NCBI GenBank assembly: GCA_963786935.1
Contig: CAWBAN010000004.1
Span: 160,001 to 224,000, forward strand
Length of the DNA: 64,000 nt
Source of the DNA: an uncultured bacterium
Lineage (GTDB): Bacteria > Krumholzibacteriota > Krumholzibacteriia > Krumholzibacteriales > Krumholzibacteriaceae
Direction of reading: 5' to 3'
The position numbers and the translations under genes are program-made. Below are positions 1 to 9,951 of the stretch, one piece after another. Each line of letters begins with the position of its first letter. Position 1 is the first letter of the stretch. Below the pieces are notes generated by a model, which saw only the letters and a program-made list of their open reading frames with translations, did no database searches and was not told the origin of the DNA.

Positions 1-45
1 ATGAGAGAATGAGGATGGCGCGCCCGAGCGCCCCCGAGAAGCGAT

Positions 46-77
46 GCGGGCCGGGAGCTTTCATGCCCCCGGCCCGC
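46..77 (-). terminator. Possible terminator hairpin downstream of array gene 1
   Basis: 10-bp stem GCGGGCCGGG/CCCGGCCCGC about 50 nt after the stop codon; no clear U-tract. Confidence 0.35.
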
Positions 78-126
78 TGAAGAAGCGCGTTGCCTGCGCC
101 TCCGTGATCGTTTCCCGATTCCGCGA

Positions 127-3100
127 TTACCGCAGCATGACCATCTTCTTGGTCGAGCTGAAGCCGTTCGTCTCCATCTTGTAGAAATAGACGCCGGTCG
201 CGACGTCGGAGCCGCCGTTGTTCCGGCCGTCCCAGGCGATCGAATACGTTCCCGCGTCCTGCACGCCGTCCACGAGGGTGCGCACGAGCTGCCCCGCGAC
301 GTTGTAGACCTTGAGCGATACGAGCCCCTTTTCCTTCATGTCGAACTTGATCGTCGTCGCGGGATTGAAGGGGTTCGGGAAGTTCTGGGCGAGGCGGTAG
401 GCCGTGGGGATTTCGGCGTCGACGTACGGGGACTGACCGCAACAGGTGTTCGTCGGGAGCTGCATCCAGGCGAATACGTTTTTCGCGATCTCGAAGCGAT
501 CGATCGGCACGGATATAACGTCGTCCCTGACGTACTGCAGGCTGAATCCGAACCACATCGTGTTCACGGCGAATCCGCCCGGGTTCAGCTGCGAGGACGC
601 GATGGCCGCATAGCGGTTCGTCTCGCCATACGCCGGATAGCTCAGCGCGTACTTGCCGTTCGCCGTTTTGTCGAGCACGTCGAACTGGTTGATGACCGGG
701 CATCCGCCCATGACGTAGAACTTGTCCGGTAGGCCGCCGTGCACGAATATGCCCGCGTCGATCGCCCCCGTGAGGAGCGGGCTCACGATGCCGCCCCCCG
801 ATTTTCCGCCGGTGAGCTCGAAGTAGCTCGTCGTCGCGACGTCGACCCCGCACCACGTGCTCATGAGGGTGAGGGCCGGGGTCGACGAGAGCCCGTCCAG
901 ATCGTAGGCAATCCCGTCGCCGCAGACCCAGAGACCGCACACGTGCTCGGACTGCTCGAACCAGTTGATGAGCATCATGCAGTCGTTCGACTTGTCGCTG
1001 TTCACGGTGCCGTCCGAGATCGTCGTGAACGGCAGGTCGCCGCTGTCCCAAACGATCGCCTTGTACTGATCGACGAGATGCTTGGTCGTCGCGCGGCTCC
1101 CCGGCCCGTTCGAGACGCTCGAGGTCGGGCCGTTCACGTCGTAGCGGTCAACCCAGTTGTTCGGCGGGGAAAGGGCGGAGTGGAAGGTCGGCACCCAATA
1201 GTTCTCCACCGCGCCGGCGAACGAGCCGCGCCCGTGGAAGTCGTCGACGAAGAGCACCTCGCTGTTCTTCGTCGGCAGGCACGTGAATTCGAAATACGGA
1301 CCGTACGAGCGGCACCATTTCGGGAGCGCCTTTTCGATGCCGGCGTTGTCCCGCGCCGTGAAGTAGTAGTCGATCCGGTAGCCCCTCGTGAAGAGCGAGT
1401 CGTTCAGATCGAACATGTACATGCCCGCGTAGGTGCCGCCGGACGTGCGCGCCGTATCCCCCTGAATGATCGTCCACGCGCCGTCGTCGCTCTTGTAGGT
1501 TCCATAGGTGCCCGCGAGCGCAGGGCCGAAGAGCGCGGGCTTGGCCGGCGCGGGGCCGATGTACGCGCATTTCACGTGCATGTAGACGGCCGGACCGCCG
1601 CCCGGATCGGCCGCGATGCCGCCGCCGAGCTGCGATGAGACGCTCACGACGATCGAATCCCCCGGGCGGATGACCGGATTGTCGTTCGTGTTGATGTCGT
1701 TCGCCATGTCGGCCCGCACGTAGCTTTCCAGGACAAACTCTTGCGAGGGGAAATTGTCCTGAAAGAGATCGATGTCGCGATACGACCACTGCGGTCCCTC
1801 GCTCTTGTAGCGGTAGAGCCGGACGTTGTCGTACCACGGGGCCGGCGTATGCTGCGCGCAGTTGCCGTTCACGAGATACCACACGTCGCACATGTCGACG
1901 ACGCCGAGGGCGATCTGGATCTTGTCGGAGTGGGTGAAGCTGCTCAGCTCCTCGGTGGCGAAGCTATATACGCCGTTATCCCAGTACCAATAGATCCAAT
2001 CGTCGCCGAACCACGGGCCCGGGCATCCGCTCTCGTTGAATCCACGGGCGTGCCAATCCCAGAGCACGAGGTTCGAGAGCGGGTTGTCGACATAGACCGT
2101 GTACTTCAGGCGGAGCCCTCCGAGAAGGGACAAATCCCCCGCGGGAATCGTGCCGTCCTGAACCTCGTTGCACCCGGTCGAATACTTGTTCAAATCGATG
2201 ATCGGAGAAACAACCGCCTCGTTTTGGCACGGGGGCTCGGTGCCGCCCGTGCCCTTGCAGAAGGGGGTGTTATACAGGCCGGGATAGCCCGTGCTCGCGA
2301 CGGGCGAACCGATGAAGAAGACGATCTGCGTGGAGAAGTTCGCGTTGCATGGATCCCGGTCTCCGATGGAGAGATTGTATTTCAGCCCGGAGTAGAGACC
2401 GAACGACGGGGCGATCTCCGCCGCCCAGATGCCCGCCCGCCCGGCCCCGACCGACGCCGTCTCGAAGTCCTGAAAATCGGACCAGCCGCTCGAATCCCAT
2501 ATGCTGATGCTGTCGACGATGCAGGCGCCGTCGGTGTTGAGGAGCCCGTCCTCATCGCTCCATCCGCCGTCGGAGGTGAAATGGAAGCGCAGCTTCGTCG
2601 CCGCCCGCGCCGTCGCGACGGCGACCTGATCGACGGCCGTGCCGATGCCGGTATAGGAGGCGAGCGTCCGCCAGTCTCCGTTCCCCTCGTCGTACTGGAC
2701 CCTCACATGATCGTAGTCCGCCTCGCAGTCCCAGCTCAGCTTGTAGGAGAGCCCGATCATTCCGACGAATGCGCGCGGGCCCACCCGAAGCTCCTGATCC
2801 CAGCCGTTTCCGTAGCCGGGGGCCTTCATGAACGAGCAGGCGTACGGCGCGCTCTCGCTCGCCCGCGCTCCGCACCACATCGACTTCGCCCCCTCGAGCG
2901 GCGCGAGCCGGCCGAAATCTCCTCCGCCGAGCCCGGCGAAATCATCGACGTGGAAGAACGTGTCGATCTGAGCGGTGCGGTCGAGCTGCGTCCAGCCCTG
3001 CCAGTTCATCGATTCGAAGTCGTACCAAACGATGCAGAAGGTGTCGACCGCGGCCTCGGTGATCCCGCGCTCCATGAGGTTCGGGTCCTCGAGGTGCGGG

Positions 3101-3225
3101 AGTTCCGTCTCCGTCCACGGCACGGCGGGCCGCAACCCGCTCCTCATCGGGTCGCGGGCGAAAGCATGCGGCGAGAGGAGGATCGCGATGCACACACAGG
3201 CGACAGCGAACAAGAGCCGGTTCAT
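127..3225 (-). CDS. Secreted Cys-rich protein with C-terminal T9SS-type/FlgD-Ig sorting domain (array paralog 1)
   Basis: Signal peptide MNRLLFAVACVCIAILLSPHAFA; C-terminus LAQNFPNPFNP...GVYFYKM...TKKMVMLR; full-length similarity to the next three ORFs. Confidence 0.9.
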   Translation of the reverse strand: MNRLLFAVACVCIAILLSPHAFARDPMRSGLRPAVPWTETELPHLEDPNLMERGITEAAVDTFCIVWYDFESMNWQGWTQLDRTAQIDTFFHVDDFAGLGGGDFGRLAPLEGAKSMWCGARASESAPYACSFMKAPGYGNGWDQELRVGPRAFVGMIGLSYKLSWDCEADYDHVRVQYDEGNGDWRTLASYTGIGTAVDQVAVATARAATKLRFHFTSDGGWSDEDGLLNTDGACIVDSISIWDSSGWSDFQDFETASVGAGRAGIWAAEIAPSFGLYSGLKYNLSIGDRDPCNANFSTQIVFFIGSPVASTGYPGLYNTPFCKGTGGTEPPCQNEAVVSPIIDLNKYSTGCNEVQDGTIPAGDLSLLGGLRLKYTVYVDNPLSNLVLWDWHARGFNESGCPGPWFGDDWIYWYWDNGVYSFATEELSSFTHSDKIQIALGVVDMCDVWYLVNGNCAQHTPAPWYDNVRLYRYKSEGPQWSYRDIDLFQDNFPSQEFVLESYVRADMANDINTNDNPVIRPGDSIVVSVSSQLGGGIAADPGGGPAVYMHVKCAYIGPAPAKPALFGPALAGTYGTYKSDDGAWTIIQGDTARTSGGTYAGMYMFDLNDSLFTRGYRIDYYFTARDNAGIEKALPKWCRSYGPYFEFTCLPTKNSEVLFVDDFHGRGSFAGAVENYWVPTFHSALSPPNNWVDRYDVNGPTSSVSNGPGSRATTKHLVDQYKAIVWDSGDLPFTTISDGTVNSDKSNDCMMLINWFEQSEHVCGLWVCGDGIAYDLDGLSSTPALTLMSTWCGVDVATTSYFELTGGKSGGGIVSPLLTGAIDAGIFVHGGLPDKFYVMGGCPVINQFDVLDKTANGKYALSYPAYGETNRYAAIASSQLNPGGFAVNTMWFGFSLQYVRDDVISVPIDRFEIAKNVFAWMQLPTNTCCGQSPYVDAEIPTAYRLAQNFPNPFNPATTIKFDMKEKGLVSLKVYNVAGQLVRTLVDGVQDAGTYSIAWDGRNNGGSDVATGVYFYKMETNGFSSTKKMVMLR

Positions 3226-3250
3226 GTTCTTACCCCCATCGTCAGAACCG

Positions 3251-6200
3251 CTATCTCAAGAGCACCATTTTCTTCGTCTGGCTGAATCCCTTCGTCTCCA
3301 TCTTGTAGAAGTAGATGCCGCTCGCCACGGCGGCGCCCCGGTCGTTCGCGCCGTCCCAATCGACCGAATAGGCGGCCGCGTTCCGCTCCCCCTCGACGAG
3401 CGTCCGCACGAGCTGGCCCGCGACGTTGTAGACCTTCAGCGTCACGAATCCTTTTTCCTTCAGGTCGAACTTGATCGTTGTTGTCGGGTTGAAGGGGTTC
3501 GGATAGTTCTGCGCGAGCTTCGTGAATTTCGGTGTCTCGGCCGGAGTGACGTTCGCATTCGTAGTGCTATTCATCCACTGGAACACGTCCTTCGCGAGCT
3601 CGAAACGGTCGATCGGCGCGTTTATGACATCGTCACGGATCGCCATGTAGCTGAATCCGAACCACATCGTGTTCACGTGGAATCCGCCGGGGTTCAGCTG
3701 CGAGGACGCAATGGCCGCGTACCGGTTCGTCGCGTTGTACACGGGATAGCTGAGGGCATACTTGCCGAATGCGGTCTTTTCGAGCACGTCGAATCCGTTG
3801 ACGATCGGACAGCCCCCGAACGCGTAGAACTTGTCGGGAACGCCGGCGTGCACGAAGATTCCCGCGTCGGTCTCCCCCGTGATGAGCGGCGTGACGATGC
3901 CGCCCGCCGTGCGTCCTCCGGTCTCGTTGAAGTAGCTCGTCGCCACGAAGTCGACGCCGCACCACGTGTTCATGAGGGTGAGGGCGGGGATCGTCGCCAT
4001 ATTGTCCTGATCGGCGGCGACGTTATCGCCGCAGATCCAGAGGCCGCAGATATGCTCGCTGAGCTCCATCCAGTCGATGAGCATCTGGCAGTCGTTCGAC
4101 TTGTCGCCGCCGGTCGAGACCGAGCCGCTCGCGATGGTGATCGACGGGAGATCGCCGCAGTCCCAGACTATGTCAATATAGTATTGCGTGAGCTGGAAGT
4201 TCTTCGCGCGGCTGCCCGGTCCGTTCGACACGCCCGACGAAGGCGCATTCACGTCGTACCGGTCCACGTCGTTGTTCGGCGGCGCAAGAACGGCGTTGAA
4301 GACCGTCGTCCAGTAGTTCTCGACCATTCCGGCGAACGATCCGCGGCCGGTGAAGTCGTCGACAAAGAGGACGTCCGAGTTCTTTGTCGGGAGGCAGGTC
4401 CACTCGAAGTACGGCGGGCCCGAGCGGGCGTAGCGGGGCAGCGCCGACTCCAGCCCCGCGACGTCGCGCGCGGTGAAGTAGTACTCGACCATGTATCCGC
4501 GCGTGAAGAGCTCGTCGTTCAGGTCGACCATGTAACGGCCGCGCTGAATGCCACCCGAGGTCCGGGCGGTGTCGCACTGGATGACCGTCCAGACGCCGTC
4601 GTCGCTCACGTAGTTGAAATCGATCGTGTACGGAGCGGTCGTCGGCCCGGTCACGACGCTTCCCGCGAGCGCGGGGCCGGCAAGCTGGGCCGGCTTTGCG
4701 AGATCGAAGCTGATATATGTGGCCTTCACGTGAAGGTAAACGGCCGGGCCGCCGTACGTCGGATCGGCCGCGATGCCGCCGCCGAGGGGCGAGCTGCAGT
4801 CGAGCGTGATCGAATCCCCCGGATCGATGACCGGATCGTCGTCGTAGCGCAGGTCGTTCGCGGCATCGGCGCGCACGTAGCTTTCGATATTGAACTCGAG
4901 CTCGGGGAAGTTGTCTTGGAAGAAGTCGAGATCGCGGTAGTACCATTGCGGCCCGGACGTCTTGTATCGATACACGGCGACGTTGTCGAACCACGGCGAC
5001 GGCGTGTGCTGCGCACAATTGCCCATCGTAAGGTACCAGACGTCGCACATAGAGTAAGCGCCGAAGCTCACGACGAGCGAATCCCCCGCAACGAGGTCGC
5101 TGACGTCGAAGGTGCTGTGGATGTAATCCATTTCGGAGCCGTAGTAGACGAAGTTGCGATCCTGCCACTGCCCGGGGCATCCGCCGGTGACGTTGCGCAC
5201 GTGCCAGATGTAGAACACGAGGTTCCACAGCGGCAGATCGCGATAGACGGTGAACCTGACTGTGCAGCCCCCGAGGAGCGGCAGATCCCCCGCCGGAATG
5301 GAGGCGTTCTGATACTCGGTGCGCCCCGGCGAGTACTTCGTCATGTCGATGATCGGGGATTCGACGATCTCATGCTGGCACGGAGGTCCCCATCCTCCCA
5401 GACCCTGACAGAACGGCGTGTCGTAGAGCCCCGGGTAGCTCGAGCTCGGATTCGGGGAGCCGATGAAGAACACGATCTGCGTTCCGAGGTTCTCGCCGCA
5501 GGGATCCTTGTCCATGAGGTTGTTCTTCAGGCCGGAGTACATGCCGAATCCCGGCTCCGGCTCGCCGAGCCAGATTCCGGCTCCGTGCGCGCCTACCGCG
5601 GCGCTCTCGAAATCCACGAAGCTGTTGAATCCGCCCATGTCGACCACCGTGATGCTGTCGATGATGCAGCCGCCGTCGGAGTTCCAGAGGCCGTCCTGAT
5701 CGCTCCACGCGCCGTCCGAGTCGAAACGGAAGCGGAGCTTCGTCCGCGCCTGGGTGGTCGCGATGACGTGAGACGCCACCGCGTTGCCCGCGCCGTCGTA
5801 GGAGGCCATATCTTCCCAGTTATCGCCACCGGTGTCGTACTCGACCTTCGTGACGTCGTAGCCGGTCTCCGAATCCCAGACGATATGGTACGAGAGGGTC
5901 ACCGCGCCCGTGAAGGCGATCGCGCCCGTGGTGAGCCACTGGCTCCAGCCGTTCCCGTAGCCGGGCGCGTCGTACCACGAGCAGAGATAGTCGTCGTTCC
6001 CGTCCGGCCGGGCGCCGCACCACATCGATTTGGTTCCCTCGATCGGCACGAGGCGGCCGAACGAGCCGCCGCTCAGGCCGGCGAAGTCGTCTACATGAAA
6101 GAAGTTGCCCGGTTGGGCGGTTTCGTCGTGCCTCGTCCAGCCCTGCCACGAGTACGGTTCGAAGTCGTACCAAACGAGGCAGTAGGTATCGACCGCGGCC

Positions 6201-6376
6201 TCCTCGTACGTGTCGCGGAGCCCCGGATCGACGAGCCCGTTCTCCCCGGACTCAAGATACGCGGAGCCGTCCCGCGTCGGCCGCAAACCGGTCTTCGCCG
6301 CATCGCGGGCCGATGCTGAAGTCGAGAACAGGATCGCGAGGCACACACAGGCGACAACGAACGAAAGCCGGTTCAT
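3251..6376 (-). CDS. Secreted T9SS-type CTD protein (array paralog 2)
   Basis: Signal peptide, same domain layout as paralog 1, CTD QNYPNPFNP...KKMVLLR; G-run RBS GATGGGGGTAAGAAC-ATG. Confidence 0.9.
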   Translation of the reverse strand: MNRLSFVVACVCLAILFSTSASARDAAKTGLRPTRDGSAYLESGENGLVDPGLRDTYEEAAVDTYCLVWYDFEPYSWQGWTRHDETAQPGNFFHVDDFAGLSGGSFGRLVPIEGTKSMWCGARPDGNDDYLCSWYDAPGYGNGWSQWLTTGAIAFTGAVTLSYHIVWDSETGYDVTKVEYDTGGDNWEDMASYDGAGNAVASHVIATTQARTKLRFRFDSDGAWSDQDGLWNSDGGCIIDSITVVDMGGFNSFVDFESAAVGAHGAGIWLGEPEPGFGMYSGLKNNLMDKDPCGENLGTQIVFFIGSPNPSSSYPGLYDTPFCQGLGGWGPPCQHEIVESPIIDMTKYSPGRTEYQNASIPAGDLPLLGGCTVRFTVYRDLPLWNLVFYIWHVRNVTGGCPGQWQDRNFVYYGSEMDYIHSTFDVSDLVAGDSLVVSFGAYSMCDVWYLTMGNCAQHTPSPWFDNVAVYRYKTSGPQWYYRDLDFFQDNFPELEFNIESYVRADAANDLRYDDDPVIDPGDSITLDCSSPLGGGIAADPTYGGPAVYLHVKATYISFDLAKPAQLAGPALAGSVVTGPTTAPYTIDFNYVSDDGVWTVIQCDTARTSGGIQRGRYMVDLNDELFTRGYMVEYYFTARDVAGLESALPRYARSGPPYFEWTCLPTKNSDVLFVDDFTGRGSFAGMVENYWTTVFNAVLAPPNNDVDRYDVNAPSSGVSNGPGSRAKNFQLTQYYIDIVWDCGDLPSITIASGSVSTGGDKSNDCQMLIDWMELSEHICGLWICGDNVAADQDNMATIPALTLMNTWCGVDFVATSYFNETGGRTAGGIVTPLITGETDAGIFVHAGVPDKFYAFGGCPIVNGFDVLEKTAFGKYALSYPVYNATNRYAAIASSQLNPGGFHVNTMWFGFSYMAIRDDVINAPIDRFELAKDVFQWMNSTTNANVTPAETPKFTKLAQNYPNPFNPTTTIKFDLKEKGFVTLKVYNVAGQLVRTLVEGERNAAAYSVDWDGANDRGAAVASGIYFYKMETKGFSQTKKMVLLR

Positions 6377-6401
6377 GTTCTTACCCCCATCGTCGGAACC
6401 G

Positions 6402-9400
6402 TTATCTCAGAAGCACCATTTTCTTCGTCTGGCTGAATCCCTTCGTTTCCATCTTGTAGAAGTAGATGCCGCTCGCCACGGCGCCGCCCCGGTCGTTCGC
6501 GCCGTCCCATTCGACCGAATAGGCCGCCGCGTCCCGCACGCCGTCGACGAGCGTCCGCACGAGCTGCCCGGCGACGTTGTAGATCCTGATCGTCACGGGC
6601 CCCTTTTCCTTCAGCTCGAACCTGATCGTCGTCGTCGGGTTGAAGGGATTGGGGTAGTTCTGCGCGAGCGTCGTGAACTTCGGTGCATCCGCCGGAGTGA
6701 CGTTCACATTCGTAGTGCTATTCATCCACGCGAACACGTCCCTCGCGAGCTCGAAGCGATCGATCGGGGCGGTGATCACGTCGTCGCGCACCGCCATGTA
6801 GCTGAATCCGAACCACATCGTGTTCGCGTGGAATCCGCCGGGGTTCAGCTGCGAGGACGCGATTGCCGCGTAGCGGCTCGTTGTGTTGTAGACGGGATAG
6901 CTGAGCGCGTATTTGCCGAAAGCGGTCTTTCCGAGCACGTCGAATCCGTTGATGATCGGGCAGCCGCCGAACGCGTAGAACTTGTCCGGAAAGCCGGCGT
7001 GAACGAAGATGCCGGCATCGGCTTCCCCCGTTATGAGCGGCGTGACGATGCCGCCCGCCGTGCGCCCGCCGGTCTCCTCGAAGTAGCTCGTCGCGACGAA
7101 GTCGACCCCGCACCATGTGCTCATGAGGTCGAGCGCCGGGATCGATGCGAGGTCGTCCAGATCGGCGGCGACGTTATCGCCGCAGATCCAGAGGCCGCAG
7201 ACGTGCTCGCTGAGCTCCATCCAATCGATGAGCATCCGGCAGTCGTTCGATTTGTCGCTGTTGACGGAGCCGTCCGAGATGGTGACCGACGGGAGGTCGC
7301 CGCAGTCCCAGACGATGATGTAATAGTATTGGGTGAGATGAAAATTCTTCGCGCGGCTCCCCGGCCCGTTCGACACGCCCGACGAAGGCCCGTTCACGTC
7401 GTACCGGTCCACGTCGTTGTTGGGCGGGGCCAGGACGGCCTTGAACACTGTCGTCCAGTAGTTCTCGGCCATTCCGGCGAACGAGCCGCGCCCCGTGAAG
7501 TCGTCCACGAAGAGAACGTCCGAGTTTTTCGTCGGGAGGCAGGTCCATTCGAAGTACGGCGGGCCCGAGCGGGCGTAACGGGGCAGCGCCGACTCAAGGC
7601 CGGCGGCGTCGCGCGCGGTGAAATAGTACTCGATCATGTATCCCCGCGTGAAGAGCGCGTCGTTCAGGTCGACCATGTATCTGGTCCGCATCTCGCCGTA
7701 GCCGGTCCGCGCCGTGTCGCACTGGATGATCGTCCAGACACCGTCGTCGCTCACGTAGTTGAAGTCGATCGTGTACGGGGCCGACGTAGGCCCGGTCACG
7801 ACGCTTCCCGCGAGCGCGGGGCCGGCAAGCTGGGCCGGCTTCGCATGGTCGTAGCAGATATACGTGGCCTTCGCGTGAAGGTAAACGGCCGGACCGCCGA
7901 ACGTCGGATCGGCGGCGATATCGCCGCCGAGGGGCGAGCTGCAGTCGAAGACGATGGAATCCCCCGGATCGATATCGGGCTCGTTGTTCGCCCGAATGTC
8001 GTTCGCCGCGTCGGCCCGCACGTAGCTCTCGATGTTGAACTCGAGCTCGGGGAAGTTGTCCTGGAAGAGATCGAGATCGCGGTAGCTCCACTGGGGGCCG
8101 GAGGTCTTGTAGCGGTACAGGGCGACGTTGTCGAACCACGGGGACGGCGTATGCGCCGCGCAGTTCCCGTTCACGAGATACCAGACATCGCACATGTCGA
8201 CGACGCCGAGGGCGATGGTCAGCGTATCGTTTCCCCTGACGAGATCGCTGATTTCATGGATCGAATGGATATAGTCCATATCGGGACCATAGTAGACGAA
8301 GCTGCGATCCATCCATTGCCCGGGGCATCCATGAATGATGTTCTGAACCTCCCACTGGTAGAACACGAGGTTCGGCAGCGGTATGTCGCGATACACGGTG
8401 AACCGGAATTTCCAGCCGGCAAGGGTAGGCAGCTCTCCCGGCGGAATGACGCCGTCCTGAACCTCGTTCCGCATGGTCGAATATTTCTTCCCGTCGATGA
8501 GGGGTGATTTGACCCGTTCAAACTGGCACGAAGCGGTGATCCCGCCGGGACCCGCGCAGAACGGTGTGTCGTAGAGGCCGGGATAGCTCGAGCTCGGATT
8601 CGGGGAGCCGACGAAGAATACGATCTGGGTTCCGAAGTTCTCTCCGCACGGGTCCTTGTCCGTGAGATTGTTCTTCAGGCCCGAGTAATTTCCGAAACCC
8701 GGCTCCGGCTCGCCGAGCCAGATCCCGACGGAGTGATCCCCGACCGCGGCGGTCTCGAAATCCTCGAAATCGTCGAGGCCCCCCGAGTCCGCCACGCGGA
8801 TGCTGTCGACGATGCAGCCGCCGTCCGTGTTGTAAAGGCCGTCCTGGTCGCTCCACGCGCCGTCCGCGGTGAAGCGGAAGCGGATCTTCGTGCGCGCCTG
8901 GGGAATCGCGATGAGGTTCGACGCGACCGTATTGCCGGCGCCGGTGTAGGCGGCCAGCTCTTGCCAGCTGCCGTTTCCGGCGTCGTACTCGACCCTCGTG
9001 TAGTCGTAGCCGGCTTCTGAATCCCAGACGATATGATAGGAGAGGTTTATGGCGCCGGAGAAGCTGATGGCGCCCGTCGTGAGCCATTGATTCCAGCCGT
9101 TCCCGTAGCCGGGCGCGTCCTCCCACGAGCAGAGGTAGTCGTCGTTCCCGTCCGGCCGGGTGCCGCACCACATCGATTTCGATCCCTCGATGGGGACGAG
9201 GCGGCCGTACGAGCCGCCGCTCAAGCCCGCGAAATCGTCCACATGGAAGAAATCGCCGGGCTGCGCCGTTTTGTCGATGCGCGTCCAGCCCTGCCAGTCG
9301 AACTGTTCGAAATCATACCACACGATGCAGTATGTATCGACGGCGGCCTCTTCGTAGAGACCGCGCAGCCCCGGATCGGCGAGGTCGTATGGCCCGGCTT

Positions 9401-9515
9401 CGCAGCTCGCCCTGACGGGCCGCAGGCCGGGCTTCGCCTCTTCGCGGGCCGCGACGGTCGAGGAGACAGATGCAGCGATGATTGCGATCGCGAGGATCGC
9501 CGAAAGAGCTTTCAT
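6402..9515 (-). CDS. Secreted T9SS-type CTD protein (array paralog 3)
   Basis: Start trimmed to ATG 9515 (MKALSAILAIAIIAASVSSTVAA signal peptide, RBS GGGGGG); same CTD. Confidence 0.9.
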   Translation of the reverse strand: MKALSAILAIAIIAASVSSTVAAREEAKPGLRPVRASCEAGPYDLADPGLRGLYEEAAVDTYCIVWYDFEQFDWQGWTRIDKTAQPGDFFHVDDFAGLSGGSYGRLVPIEGSKSMWCGTRPDGNDDYLCSWEDAPGYGNGWNQWLTTGAISFSGAINLSYHIVWDSEAGYDYTRVEYDAGNGSWQELAAYTGAGNTVASNLIAIPQARTKIRFRFTADGAWSDQDGLYNTDGGCIVDSIRVADSGGLDDFEDFETAAVGDHSVGIWLGEPEPGFGNYSGLKNNLTDKDPCGENFGTQIVFFVGSPNPSSSYPGLYDTPFCAGPGGITASCQFERVKSPLIDGKKYSTMRNEVQDGVIPPGELPTLAGWKFRFTVYRDIPLPNLVFYQWEVQNIIHGCPGQWMDRSFVYYGPDMDYIHSIHEISDLVRGNDTLTIALGVVDMCDVWYLVNGNCAAHTPSPWFDNVALYRYKTSGPQWSYRDLDLFQDNFPELEFNIESYVRADAANDIRANNEPDIDPGDSIVFDCSSPLGGDIAADPTFGGPAVYLHAKATYICYDHAKPAQLAGPALAGSVVTGPTSAPYTIDFNYVSDDGVWTIIQCDTARTGYGEMRTRYMVDLNDALFTRGYMIEYYFTARDAAGLESALPRYARSGPPYFEWTCLPTKNSDVLFVDDFTGRGSFAGMAENYWTTVFKAVLAPPNNDVDRYDVNGPSSGVSNGPGSRAKNFHLTQYYYIIVWDCGDLPSVTISDGSVNSDKSNDCRMLIDWMELSEHVCGLWICGDNVAADLDDLASIPALDLMSTWCGVDFVATSYFEETGGRTAGGIVTPLITGEADAGIFVHAGFPDKFYAFGGCPIINGFDVLGKTAFGKYALSYPVYNTTSRYAAIASSQLNPGGFHANTMWFGFSYMAVRDDVITAPIDRFELARDVFAWMNSTTNVNVTPADAPKFTTLAQNYPNPFNPTTTIRFELKEKGPVTIRIYNVAGQLVRTLVDGVRDAAAYSVEWDGANDRGGAVASGIYFYKMETKGFSQTKKMVLLR

Positions 9516-9743
9516 GTCCTTACCCCCCATCTTCCTAAGGACATGCTTCCGATGCCGTTCGGGATCTCCGGCGTGCACCTGATTCAGAGAGACGGCGGCG
9601 GCAGCTCTTTCTCCGACGCGGCGCCCGTTTCGCGAGCTCGCCCTTGGTGTAACGGAAGTGCCAGTGGGGGTGCGGTTTGGCAGTTTCCGCCGCAACTCAT
9701 CCGCGAAACTCGTTGATTTACCGCAGACTCAACCGCCATCCGC

Positions 9744-9772
9744 ATTCTACCACAAATCGGCCCGCGTGTAAA
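9744..9772 (-). promoter_or_regulatory. Sigma70-type promoter for paralogs 3-2-1
   Basis: Minus strand TTTACA-17 nt-TAGAAT with extended -10 TG. Confidence 0.65.
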
Positions 9773-9802
9773 TCATTTCCTTGCGATGAATTGGATGCTA
9801 AT

Positions 9803-9862
9803 GATTTGCCCGGCGAAAGAACGATGTGCCCGGCGAAGCGAAAGAGTGATTTGCCCGGCGAA
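9803..9862. repeat. Three 15-bp direct repeats GAT(T/G)TGCCCGGCGAA
   Basis: Copies at 9803-9817, 9823-9837 and 9848-9862, just upstream of the -35 box. Confidence 0.8.
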
Positions 9863-9895
9863 AAAAATGAGGGCCGGGAGGGGGGCTCCCGGCCC
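9861..9895 (-). terminator. Rho-independent terminator after paralog 4
   Basis: 10-bp stem GGGCCGGGAG/CTCCCGGCCC followed by TCATTTTTTT on the minus strand. Confidence 0.75.
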
Positions 9896-9951
9896 AGGTG
9901 CGGGCTCGCTGTCTGATCGTTGTGCGTCGATCGAAGCTGTGCCCTGCCTCC

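Noticed and set aside
9648..9663. Sigma54-like TGGCAC-N5-TTACA on the minus strand
   Set aside because: Mismatch at the conserved -12 GC, not kept in the paralog 4 leader, and a good sigma70 promoter lies upstream
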